Origin: Alkalispirochaeta sp. | GTDB taxonomy: Bacteria; Spirochaetota; Spirochaetia; DSM-27196; Alkalispirochaetaceae | Assembly: GCA_965601925.1 (NCBI GenBank) | Contig: OZ271854.1 | Location: forward strand, 672,001 to 736,000 | Length of the DNA: 64,000 nt | Direction: 5' to 3' | Part shown: piece by piece, positions 9,148 through 18,434 of the stretch | Layout of the letters: each line of letters begins with the position of its first letter | Position numbering within the stretch: position 1 is the first letter of the stretch | Program-made: the position numbers and the translations under genes | Notes under the pieces: generated by a model | Told to the model about the DNA's origin: nothing | The model's database searches: none | The model's input: the letters and a program-made list of their open reading frames with translations, nothing else

Positions 9148-9702
9148 ATGATTATATCGATTGTCGGATATGCGAAATCGGGGAAAACGTCGTTTGCCGA
9201 ACGCTTGGTCCGTGAGGCCGCCTCCCGTGCGCTACGGGTCGCGGCGATCAAGACCGGGCGTTCCTCCCACGGCGGTGCCGAACACGCGTCGACGGGCGTC
9301 CTTGCGTATCGCGATAGCGAGCGACTGCACGGAGCGGGCGCCGAGTTGACGCTATTCTGGTCCGAGCAAGGGTGTGCGGTCACCGGAGGAGCGCTCGGCG
9401 CCTTCCATCCGACGCCGTTACCGGACCGGGACACCTTCTATCGATCCTGGCGTTCGCTTCTTCCTCTCGAGGTGCGGCGTGTGCTGGAGGAGACATCGCT
9501 TGTGGTTATCGAGGGGCGCCCCGTTTCGGGAGCCGAGGTCGTGCAGATGCGCAAACGATCCGCACCCGAGGCGGAGGCCTTAAAGTATCCCATCTCGGCG
9601 GGCCATACGGTGGTCACCGATCCGCACGATTTTCCACGCCTTATCGCCGCATTGCTTTCGCCGCTGGTGCACAAGGAACATCTGAATGCCGGGACGACAT
9701 AA
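9148..9702 (+). CDS. mobB: MobB-like P-loop protein
   Basis: 'IISIVGYAKSGKTS...VAAIK', 'VVIEG'. Confidence 0.7.
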   Translation: MIISIVGYAKSGKTSFAERLVREAASRALRVAAIKTGRSSHGGAEHASTGVLAYRDSERLHGAGAELTLFWSEQGCAVTGGALGAFHPTPLPDRDTFYRSWRSLLPLEVRRVLEETSLVVIEGRPVSGAEVVQMRKRSAPEAEALKYPISAGHTVVTDPHDFPRLIAALLSPLVHKEHLNAGTT

Positions 9703-9922
9703 CAAGGGACGCACCGTCTCTCCTCGCGAGATTCAACTTCTGGTCGATGGTGAAGAGATAACGCTCAACGGCTACGTACAGGACGTATTTCAGGAGACGA
9801 TTCTCGCGCTCGTCCGCACCCTCGGCACCTGCAACGAGGCGTCTTCGATCGCGATTACCATCGCGCCCGACGGGTCGCCGGACGCCGCTGCGATTAGGCG
9901 CGCATCACCGGAACGTGGGTAG
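9686..9922 (+). CDS. Small protein resembling the MobB C-terminal extension domain
   Basis: 'IQLLVDGEEITLNGYVQDVFQETILALVRTL'. Overlaps the mobB end by 17 nt. Confidence 0.6.
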   Translation: MPGRHNKGRTVSPREIQLLVDGEEITLNGYVQDVFQETILALVRTLGTCNEASSIAITIAPDGSPDAAAIRRASPERG

Positions 9923-11146
9923 TATCTCGCTCGCCTTCCCGTGACGGACGACCACGTTCCGCGGGATCGCTCCGTAGAGATGCGGGTACGTTTCGCCGAG
10001 CGTATCGCCGGCCTCGACGCGGAGCAGGGTATCTACCGCCGCACGATCGATCTCCAAGAGCACCGGATCGGGCGTATCGGGAAAGTGACGGCGTATGACG
10101 GCGGGAATCTGGTGGGCAAAGCTGCAATGGACAAAACCCTCGCGGTCGAACGCTGCGGGACGGTATCCGACATGCGAGGCGTTCCATTCGTCGTCGGTAA
10201 CCACGTGGTAGATCCGCCGCGGGAGAGGACCCACGAGTTCGTCCCACCCATCGGCATCGAGCGCTATCAGACCGGTCGGCGGGAGACGTAGGGCGAGGCG
10301 TCGCCATCGATCGTCGCCGGCGCGTTCGATCGATTCGAGCTGCCGCCGCGCGCCGGCGATATCGCCGGCTCCCGCGTTCGCCATCGCCTCCCAAAAGGCG
10401 AGCTCCACGCGATCGGGGGCCAGTCGGCGAGCGTCGCGGTAGTGCTCACGGGCCGCTTTACGCTCATCCCGCGCCAACGCCGCGTCGCCGTCGTCGATGT
10501 GACGATATGCGGCGTGGAGGTTCAGGAGTCGCTCCAACTCGCCGAGGGGGTCGGGATGGTCGTCGACCCGCACATCGAGCGGCATCGCCTGCACGATATC
10601 GGCCCGAGGCGTCGTCGATACCACGGTCATTGACGCTGACTGACGCCCTCGAATATCCCCCCCGACTCCTTCGGCGGCCTTAAGCGCCGCGAGTAGTCGC
10701 TCCGGCAACGGACCGTTCGTCTTGCTCCACGCTTCGACCATCGCCTCGGGAACTCCGGTCCGATCCATCATATTCGCTTGTACGGAATAGCCGTTGCCGC
10801 GTACGTGCCCCGCTTCGGCGATGCATCGCTCGCCGGTATGCGTCGCCGAGACGCCGTCGGGAGTGATGAGCGCGACCTGTCTCACCGCCGGTGCGTCGTC
10901 GGCGGCCAACAACTCGTCGAGCGCAACAGGCGCCGGACGCCCCTCCTCGAGCAGCTCCAACCCTCGCGGACCGAAGTTCGGATTGACGACCGACTGCGTC
11001 GCAACGACCCCGACGCCGGCACGCGCCCACACCACGATCGAGCCTACCGCAAAGGCGTGCGACTGCACCGCTCCACCCATCAGCCCTCGCTCCTCGTCGA
11101 TCCCGACAATTGAGTACGTCGTTACCAATCTCTCGTTACGCCGCAT
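9905..11146 (-). CDS. DUF1028 (Ntn-hydrolase-like) + TPR-like + DUF952 fusion protein
   Basis: 'TYSIVG...AVQS..FAVG..V.WARAGVGVVATQ', 'GGDIRGRQSA', 'DVRVDDH.DPL.EL.RL'. C-terminal 'IYHV...W...GFVHCS...YPHLYG'. Confidence 0.8.
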   Translation of the reverse strand: MRRNERLVTTYSIVGIDEERGLMGGAVQSHAFAVGSIVVWARAGVGVVATQSVVNPNFGPRGLELLEEGRPAPVALDELLAADDAPAVRQVALITPDGVSATHTGERCIAEAGHVRGNGYSVQANMMDRTGVPEAMVEAWSKTNGPLPERLLAALKAAEGVGGDIRGRQSASMTVVSTTPRADIVQAMPLDVRVDDHPDPLGELERLLNLHAAYRHIDDGDAALARDERKAAREHYRDARRLAPDRVELAFWEAMANAGAGDIAGARRQLESIERAGDDRWRRLALRLPPTGLIALDADGWDELVGPLPRRIYHVVTDDEWNASHVGYRPAAFDREGFVHCSFAHQIPAVIRRHFPDTPDPVLLEIDRAAVDTLLRVEAGDTLGETYPHLYGAIPRNVVVRHGKASEILPTFR

Positions 11147-11242
11147 TGCTTCAGTATCGTGAGAGAGCCGCTCTGTGCCAAGGGTACCGTCGTCCGACGA
11201 AACACCCTTGTACGGAACGCCTCAGGCCGCTACTCTTAGGCT

Positions 11243-11719
11243 ATGAAACGGACGATTCTACTAAGTGTCTGGTACATTGCGTTGTTGATGATTCCGTTGC
11301 TGCACTCGGCGGCACAAAGTCCGTCGGCACAGGCGGCGACCATTACGACGCCGGATCGGACGAGTACGGACCCGAGCCGAACATTGATTCTCTTTTACAG
11401 CGACGCGTGTCCCCATTGCCACAATCAAATACGGTGGATGGCTGGGATCGAGGACGATTTTCCCGAGATCGAGTTCTTACGCTACGAGATCGAGGTCACT
11501 GATAACCGCGTGAATCAGGCGTATTTCTCGGCGATGATGGATGTGTACGACTCCAACACAACCGGATGGCCGCGCACCGTTATCGGGGATCGCGTCTTCA
11601 TCGGATTCGCCGACGATGACGGGGATCTGGTGTACAACGACCAGTATCGGGCGTGGATCGGGTATCGCAACCAGTTATACCAAGCCCTGGCGGAGCTACG
11701 CGACGCGATAGAGAGCTGA
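11243..11719 (+). CDS. Exported thioredoxin/glutaredoxin-fold protein
   Basis: Signal peptide, 'FYSDACPHC', 'WPRTVIG..VFIGF'. Confidence 0.75.
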   Translation: MKRTILLSVWYIALLMIPLLHSAAQSPSAQAATITTPDRTSTDPSRTLILFYSDACPHCHNQIRWMAGIEDDFPEIEFLRYEIEVTDNRVNQAYFSAMMDVYDSNTTGWPRTVIGDRVFIGFADDDGDLVYNDQYRAWIGYRNQLYQALAELRDAIES

Positions 11720-11798
11720 ACGCACCTTCATACGCCGCGGATCGACGACGCACTGCATAATAAAAGCGCGTCATACGACACAACGGGTAAGGTCGACC

Positions 11799-12095
11799 AT
11801 GAATCACAAAGATGAAGTCATAACATTCAAAGTAGATGGGACGCTGGCGGAGCAGCTACGCCTCATGCCGAACCGTTCGGAGTTCATCCGCCAGGCCGTA
11901 CTCCAGGCGCTGCAGTTGGAGTGTCCGCTCTGTCACGGCACCGGTACGCTCACCCCCAATCAGATGCGGCACTGGGAAGCGTTTTCGAAGCATCACCACG
12001 TCGTGTCCTGCGACGTGTGCGGCGAAAGCCATATCACGTGTGAGGACCAGTCGGAGAAGGAGCCGGCGGAGGACCGGACCGTCCACCAACGGTGA
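11799..12095 (+). CDS. CopG/ribbon-helix-helix regulator with C-terminal Cys/His zinc-finger-like domain
   Basis: 'VITFKVD...NRSEFIRQAV' followed by CPLC, HHH, CDVC, HxxC. Confidence 0.75.
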   Translation: MNHKDEVITFKVDGTLAEQLRLMPNRSEFIRQAVLQALQLECPLCHGTGTLTPNQMRHWEAFSKHHHVVSCDVCGESHITCEDQSEKEPAEDRTVHQR

Positions 12096-12104
12096 CGCGC
12101 CCCG

Positions 12105-12947
12105 TCACGACTCGGCGCGCCTGCGGGAGTCCGCACTCCGTCTCAGGGTGTCGCCAGCCCACAACACAACGAAGACGATCGTGAGGGTCAGCACGATCGA
12201 CGCCCCCGATGCGGCGTCCCAATAGTAGGACGCGTAGAACCCGACGACGGTAGCCCCGACGGACAAGACGACGGAAACCGCGATGATACGCGACATTCGA
12301 CGCGATACCATCGACGCTGCCGCGCCGGGTGTCACCAGAAGTGCCAGGACCAGCACCACTCCCACCGTTTGAATAGCCACTACGGTGGTGAGGGCGAGGA
12401 GCAGCAGCAGTCCGTATCGCAGCAGATCGGGCGACAGGCCGATTGCGACGGCGTGGGACGGATCAAAGGAGGTCACCAGCAACTCCTTGAAACCGATCGC
12501 CACGGCGAGGACGACGACGGTGACCACGACGCTCATGACGATCAAGTCCGACCGTGAGACGCCGAGGATGTTGCCGAAGAGGATATGACTCAAGTCCTGG
12601 AAGCTCACCATTCTACTCAGAAGAAATATCCCGAGAGCAAAGAAGCCGGCAAACACTACGCCGATCGCCGAATCCTCCTTGAGGCTACCCCGACGGGAGA
12701 AGAGGCCGATACCGAAAACGGCGACGATCGCCGCGCCGAGGGCACCGAGAAAGAGGCTGATGCCCGCCGCGTACGCCACGACGATACCCGGCAGGATTGC
12801 GTGCGCCATAGCGTCACCGACGAAGGCCATGCCGCGCCACACGACAAAGGCGCTCAGCGTCGCGCAAGCGACGGCGGCCAAGATACCCGCCGCGAGACCG
12901 CGCACCACAAACGAAAAACTGAGCGGTTCGATCAACCATTCAATCAC
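12105..12947 (-). CDS. Zn/Mn ABC transporter permease (ZnuB/MntB family)
   Basis: 'GDAMAHAILPG', 'HILFGNILG', 'GVVLVLALLVTPGAAA'. Confidence 0.9.
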   Translation of the reverse strand: MIEWLIEPLSFSFVVRGLAAGILAAVACATLSAFVVWRGMAFVGDAMAHAILPGIVVAYAAGISLFLGALGAAIVAVFGIGLFSRRGSLKEDSAIGVVFAGFFALGIFLLSRMVSFQDLSHILFGNILGVSRSDLIVMSVVVTVVVLAVAIGFKELLVTSFDPSHAVAIGLSPDLLRYGLLLLLALTTVVAIQTVGVVLVLALLVTPGAAASMVSRRMSRIIAVSVVLSVGATVVGFYASYYWDAASGASIVLTLTIVFVVLWAGDTLRRSADSRRRAES

Positions 12948-13746
12948 GCCGCCCCCCCTCAAGACGATCGCCGTGAAACTCGAATCCGTACGCCCGCGCG
13001 ATCGTCTCGGGCGTCAGCACCTCTCGAACGGGCCCGTCGGCTATGATGCGGCGGTCGAGGAAGACGGCGCGATTGAAGTGTATCGAAAGGATCCCCAGAT
13101 CGTGAGTACTCACGATTACCGCCTTTCCCTCCCCGGTTAACCGTTCGAGGGTATGAAAGATCAGCTCCTGAGTCGAGATATCAACGTGGTTGAGCGGCTC
13201 ATCGAGAAGCATGAGGTCCGCATCGTGGGCGAGTGTACGGGCGAGCATAACCCGCTGTTGTTGTCCACCGGAGAGCTCACCCACTTGCCGATCGGCAAGG
13301 GAGGTGATCTCCATCGTCTCGAGAGCTCCTTGCACCCGGTCGTAGTCTTCACTCTTGGGCCTCTTGAACCAGCCGAGATGTACGTACCGTCCCATCATGA
13401 CGACGTGCCTGACCGTCACCGGAAAGCGCCAATCGACCGTAGTGCGTTGGGGAACGATCGACACGCGGTGCAAACATTGGTGAGCGGGATTTCCGTACAC
13501 CCGGACCGATCCGCGGGTGCACGTTTCCAGACCGAGCACGAGCTTGAGCAGAGTCGACTTCCCCGCGCCGTTGGGGCCCACCAAGGCGACGCGGTCGCCG
13601 GGGTGTATCGTGAGATCGACCGCGTCGAGGACGTCGTTGGGAAGCGACGGATATCGAAAGGAGACCGCACGGACATCGAGAGCGGGCTCCCCGTGAATCG
13701 CCGGGATGTGGCACGTCCCTCCATACTGTAACGCTCTCAAAAGCAC
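12940..13746 (-). CDS. Zn/Mn ABC transporter ATPase (ZnuC/MntA family)
   Basis: GPNGAGKST, 'VPQR..VDWRFPVTV', LSGGQQQR, LDEP, STHD. Confidence 0.9.
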   Translation of the reverse strand: MLLRALQYGGTCHIPAIHGEPALDVRAVSFRYPSLPNDVLDAVDLTIHPGDRVALVGPNGAGKSTLLKLVLGLETCTRGSVRVYGNPAHQCLHRVSIVPQRTTVDWRFPVTVRHVVMMGRYVHLGWFKRPKSEDYDRVQGALETMEITSLADRQVGELSGGQQQRVMLARTLAHDADLMLLDEPLNHVDISTQELIFHTLERLTGEGKAVIVSTHDLGILSIHFNRAVFLDRRIIADGPVREVLTPETIARAYGFEFHGDRLEGGRRD

Positions 13747-13974
13747 CGTCGTATCACTCGCCTTGTCGAAGTTATCGAGCCGCGTCTATGCATCACCGGC
13801 GGCCCGCCGTTGCGGGGAACAGTCTACACCGTTAGGCACTGCGATGATACGGATTATCCGGGACAATGAGTGATTGATGGGCGAAAACTCCCGCCGATAC
13901 GCCGTCGGCTGCGGCCCACGTCGTGGAGTGAATCGCGCGTGTCGCATAACCGGCGGCAAAAACGCCGCCGACCG

Positions 13975-16056
13975 TTAGACGGTGAACTCACTCACCGACG
14001 CCTCGATCTCCTTGACGCCGCTTATTGTCAGCGACGACTCTCCCTGTACCTGTCGGACATTCCGGGTGATATCGCCGACGCGGGAATGAATCGTTTCGGT
14101 AATACCGACGATCTCCTCGAAGGCGGCCTCAAGGGCGTGAATCGCGGAGTTGACGACCTCGCGGCCCGTATTGAGATCAAGAGATTTCTCACGAACCTGG
14201 GTCGTGGTGTCTCGCATGCCGCTTACGGCGTCGAGAATCTCGTGCGAACCGGAGCGCTGCTCGGCCAACGCCGTGCCCAACGTCGCCACCGATTGCTCCA
14301 CCGTATTGAGCTGCTCCACGACCTGTGAGAAGGCGTGTTCCGCCGATTCGCTGGCGGAGACGACCTTGGCGATTCCGCCCATGATCGCCGCCAGGGAGAC
14401 GCCGATACGCCGTGAGTTTTCGGCGGTCTGCTCCGCAAGCAGGCGTATCTCCTCCGCGACAACGGAGAAACCGCGCCCCGCGTCTCCCGCGTGCGCCGCC
14501 TCAATGGCCGCGTTCATGGCGAGGAGGTTTGTCTGCGAGGCGACCTTGGAGACGATCCGATTGGCCTCGGTCAACGTATCCGAGGTGGATGCGATCTCCT
14601 GCACGAGCGTCACGACGGTGTGAACCTTGTCCGCCCCGATTCGGGAGACGCTTTGGAGCTCACCGGTCGAGGCGGTCGTCTGCTCGGCGGTACGAGAGAT
14701 CGAGTCGATGCCGGCGGACATCTCTTCGATGGAGGCGGACGCCTCCTCGACGATCGCCGCTTGAGTCTGGATCGCCTCATCAAGGTTTCGAATACTCTCG
14801 ACCATATTGTGCGTCGCCGTCGACGCCTCGCCGACCGCGCCTTGCTGGGCACCGACACGTTTTACGACCGCCTCGATGTCGTCGTTAATCGCGTCCAATG
14901 CCGTCATATTGGCCTCCGTGACGGCCATAAGTGTATCCCCGCGCTCCCTCGCGGTGTTGGTACGGCCCCTGATGCCGGCGACCATCGTGCGTAACCGATC
15001 GGTGACGTCCAAGAGGCGATGGTATATCGAAACCAGTTCGTCATTCCCCTTCATACGATCGGCGCCGGTCAGATCGCCCTGCCCGATCGCATCCACCAGC
15101 GTCGCCATGCGGAGGGTTAGCGTCCTCATTTTTCGGCCGAGTATCCAAATCAACAGCCCGGCGGATACGCCTGCCACGATCGCGTAGCCGACGACGGTAA
15201 CGATCCGTATCTCGTCGCGGAGCTCGAAGAACTGGCGTGTATCCATGGTCAGCGCGACGGCCCAGGGGAGAATATTGAGCCACGTGAATGCGGCATTCTT
15301 ATCGGTATCGCGAAATCGGTACTCGATCATGCCCGCGCCGTCCCCTCGCTGTGCAAGCATAAGGCGTGCAAACGACTCAGAGCTGAAGTCCGTCAGAATC
15401 AGCTCTTCGTCGGGATGGGCTAATATGACGCCGCGGTCGTCAATGAGATAGAAATAGCCGGTCTCTCCCACCGTCGCCGAACGCAAGAACTCTGAAGAAA
15501 AACGCGACATATCGAAGGCGACGCCCACCACACCGACGGTTGTACCCCCTGCGGATACCGGAACCGATACCATCGCAACGGTGTGGTCGGACACCTCCGA
15601 GCGTGCGGGATACGAATCGATAAAAAAACGCATTCCCCGGTCGAGAATGGCGCTCGTGAAAGCCGCCGACGAGAGGTCGCGATCGACGGACGCCGGAACC
15701 GCCGCCGCGACGGACATGCCGGCGCCGTCGACGAGCAGGACGTTCTCTACGAGCGTATTTTGCGCGAGGACTTGTTGCGCCACCTGACTCGCCGCAAAGG
15801 CGTCGCCCCCCGCCAGGGCCGTGGCGACGACGGGGTTGATCGCCAAGGATTGGGCCAGTTGGCGCATGGCGGTCAGAAGACTGGTGATCTGAAGCCGCAT
15901 CGAGCGCGTCTGCTGAAGCATGAAATCCGACTGGCCCTCGATCGTTCGCGCCGTCACCACACGATCGACAAAGAGATAGAGCCCGACAAAACTGGGGATG
16001 AGCACCGCCAGCAACAACCCCGTGAGGATCACGCTGAGACGTCTTGCACGCTTCAT
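13975..16056 (-). CDS. Methyl-accepting chemotaxis protein (dCache-type sensor)
   Basis: Two TM segments, 'YFYLID..G.ILAHP', HAMP, '[31 protein letters not shown]'. Confidence 0.9.
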   Translation of the reverse strand: MKRARRLSVILTGLLLAVLIPSFVGLYLFVDRVVTARTIEGQSDFMLQQTRSMRLQITSLLTAMRQLAQSLAINPVVATALAGGDAFAASQVAQQVLAQNTLVENVLLVDGAGMSVAAAVPASVDRDLSSAAFTSAILDRGMRFFIDSYPARSEVSDHTVAMVSVPVSAGGTTVGVVGVAFDMSRFSSEFLRSATVGETGYFYLIDDRGVILAHPDEELILTDFSSESFARLMLAQRGDGAGMIEYRFRDTDKNAAFTWLNILPWAVALTMDTRQFFELRDEIRIVTVVGYAIVAGVSAGLLIWILGRKMRTLTLRMATLVDAIGQGDLTGADRMKGNDELVSIYHRLLDVTDRLRTMVAGIRGRTNTARERGDTLMAVTEANMTALDAINDDIEAVVKRVGAQQGAVGEASTATHNMVESIRNLDEAIQTQAAIVEEASASIEEMSAGIDSISRTAEQTTASTGELQSVSRIGADKVHTVVTLVQEIASTSDTLTEANRIVSKVASQTNLLAMNAAIEAAHAGDAGRGFSVVAEEIRLLAEQTAENSRRIGVSLAAIMGGIAKVVSASESAEHAFSQVVEQLNTVEQSVATLGTALAEQRSGSHEILDAVSGMRDTTTQVREKSLDLNTGREVVNSAIHALEAAFEEIVGITETIHSRVGDITRNVRQVQGESSLTISGVKEIEASVSEFTV

Positions 16057-16284
16057 GGGGCGATTATATCCGAAGTACCGGAAACGAAAAGGGCCGGCGC
16101 GTTTGGCCCGTACGGCTCTATCGGAACGACCGATCCCCCGGGTCATCCGTCGATGGAGCCTCGACCCGAAAGGGCGTCTCCCCTTCTTCGCAGGCACGCT
16201 GCGCATCGCCATCGCCTTGACGCCCGTTGATCTCCGCCGGTAGCCTATCACTGCTCGGTTTGACCCATAATTATGGAGGGATTG

Positions 16285-18396
16285 ATGAATTCGGCTACTG
16301 TACGAGGGCGACTTGAGTTAAAAATTCTCATTCCTGTCTTACTCGTCATCGCAGTCAGCATGGCGGCGCTCGGCGTTCTGAGCTTCCGGGAAACGCGTAT
16401 CAGACTAGAAAGCGATGTCGTTCCGGACTTTGTACGGGCGATCGCCGGTGACGCGAAGGGGTCGGTGGAGGCGACGATCGCGAGGGCGATCGAGACGAGT
16501 TTTGTCCTTTCCGAGGACGCGACGATCATCGAATGGATTCGTCAGGGCGAGCCCGAAGGGCTACTGCAGGATCTTATCCTCTCACGACTCGACCAACTCA
16601 CGGTGACGCAGGACTATTTCACGACCTTTCTCGTGAGCGAACGGACCAACAATTACTGGGCGGACGACTTCCGACTTCTCGAGGTCGTCAGCCGCGGCGA
16701 TCCGGACGACGGCTGGTTCTTCGAAGCTCTTGCCATGCCGAGTGACTACGTTCTCAATCTCGACTACAACCGGGAACTCGGAAACACCTTCTTGTTCGTA
16801 AACGTGCCGATCGAAATAGACGGTCGGCGGGCGGGAGTGACCGGGGTCGGCCTCGACGTCTCCTCGGTTGTGCCGACCGAGACGATCGTCGCGGGCGGAG
16901 AGCTCTTTCTGGTATCTTCCGAGGGCTCCATCCTTGCCGCCGCCGATCCGACCTTTGCCGGTCGGGCAATCGCCGAGCTCATACCGGAGGTCTCCACGGA
17001 CGTGATCGTCTCGGAGGAGGCCATCCACACCGCCAGAATCGCCGAGGACGGCGCCGCCGACAGCGACATATTCGCATCGGCCCGACAAATACTCGACAGC
17101 CCGTACTATCTCGTCGCCACTATGCCGACGTCGCTTCTGGACCGGACGCTGTTCGGCATACGAAACGTGACGCTCGTCATTGCGTTAATTGCGACGCTCG
17201 CGGCGATATTGATCCTACGCTTCCTCATTCGCTCTTCGGTGCGGGGCGTCATCGAGGTATCACGTCAACTGGGGGAGATCGCCTCCGGCGAGGCGGATCT
17301 GTCCAAGAAGCTCGTCGTTCGGAGCGGAAACGAGGTCGGCGTGCTCGCCCGTCGTTTCAACGGTTTTGTGACGACGCTGGCCGATTTGGTACAGAGTGTC
17401 ATGGACGACACAACCGCGCTTACCAACGAACGGGATGCTGCGGCGACCGGCGCAACCGAGACCGCCGCCTCGGTCCGGCAGATTACCGCCAACATCACCA
17501 CCGTTTCCGGCTCGGTAGACCGCCTGCACGCCTCAATCGAGGAGACGGTACAGCGTCTCGATCGCATCACCGAAGCGATCGGGTCGATGGAACGGCAGAT
17601 CAACACCCAAGTGAGCGCTATCGAGGAGACCTCGGCATCGGTCGAACAGATGAACGCCCAGTCCGAAAGTATCCGCGCGACGGCGCATAGGCGGGCCGGC
17701 GAGGCGGAGGAGCTGACCGTGGCGGTGGGGCGCAGCTCGGGCCACTTAGAGGATCTGTCCCGAAAGGCGCAGGAGCTTGCCCACCGGACCGACCAAATGC
17801 TCGAAGCGACCAATGTGATAAACGGTATCGCGGCGCAGACGAATCTCCTCTCGATGAACGCCGCCATCGAGGCGGCCCACGCCGGCGAAGCGGGGCGCGG
17901 ATTTTCCGTAGTAGCCGAAGAGATACGAAAACTCGCCGAGACCTCCGCATCGAACTCCAAAGTGATCCAGGAGAGTCTGCGGGGAAGCGTCGACATGATC
18001 CGCGAGATCAACGATTCGTCGGTGACGATGCAACAGACATTCGGCTCGGTCACCAACACCACGAAGAGCACACGCGACGCCTTTGCCGAGATCGAGAGCA
18101 CCGTCTCCGAACTTTCGGTCGGGATGAGTGAGATTACTACGGCTGTGGTGTCGATCCGCGACGCCATTCTCTCGATCGATGAGCAATCCAAGCAGGTAAG
18201 CGCGCTCACCGGCGAGATCATCGAGCTCAATCGGACCAATAACACGATCGGGTCGGAAGTACAGGGAGCGATACGCGAAATCACCAATGATACGCAGCAG
18301 ATTGACGACGCCGTCGCCGGGCTCAACACGATCCTGGGAGAACTCGACAAGCGCGTCAACGGAATCTGCGACAAAGTGAGCCGGTTCCGTACCTAA
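16285..18396 (+). CDS. Methyl-accepting chemotaxis protein
   Basis: TM-Cache-TM-HAMP plus the MCP signalling hairpin 'QTNLLSMNAAIEAAHAGEAGRGF'. GGAGG RBS. Confidence 0.92.
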   Translation: MNSATVRGRLELKILIPVLLVIAVSMAALGVLSFRETRIRLESDVVPDFVRAIAGDAKGSVEATIARAIETSFVLSEDATIIEWIRQGEPEGLLQDLILSRLDQLTVTQDYFTTFLVSERTNNYWADDFRLLEVVSRGDPDDGWFFEALAMPSDYVLNLDYNRELGNTFLFVNVPIEIDGRRAGVTGVGLDVSSVVPTETIVAGGELFLVSSEGSILAAADPTFAGRAIAELIPEVSTDVIVSEEAIHTARIAEDGAADSDIFASARQILDSPYYLVATMPTSLLDRTLFGIRNVTLVIALIATLAAILILRFLIRSSVRGVIEVSRQLGEIASGEADLSKKLVVRSGNEVGVLARRFNGFVTTLADLVQSVMDDTTALTNERDAAATGATETAASVRQITANITTVSGSVDRLHASIEETVQRLDRITEAIGSMERQINTQVSAIEETSASVEQMNAQSESIRATAHRRAGEAEELTVAVGRSSGHLEDLSRKAQELAHRTDQMLEATNVINGIAAQTNLLSMNAAIEAAHAGEAGRGFSVVAEEIRKLAETSASNSKVIQESLRGSVDMIREINDSSVTMQQTFGSVTNTTKSTRDAFAEIESTVSELSVGMSEITTAVVSIRDAILSIDEQSKQVSALTGEIIELNRTNNTIGSEVQGAIREITNDTQQIDDAVAGLNTILGELDKRVNGICDKVSRFRT

Positions 18397-18434
18397 GCGC
18401 GGTGCAGGAGCGTCGCGATGACGTCGGCGGTGCG

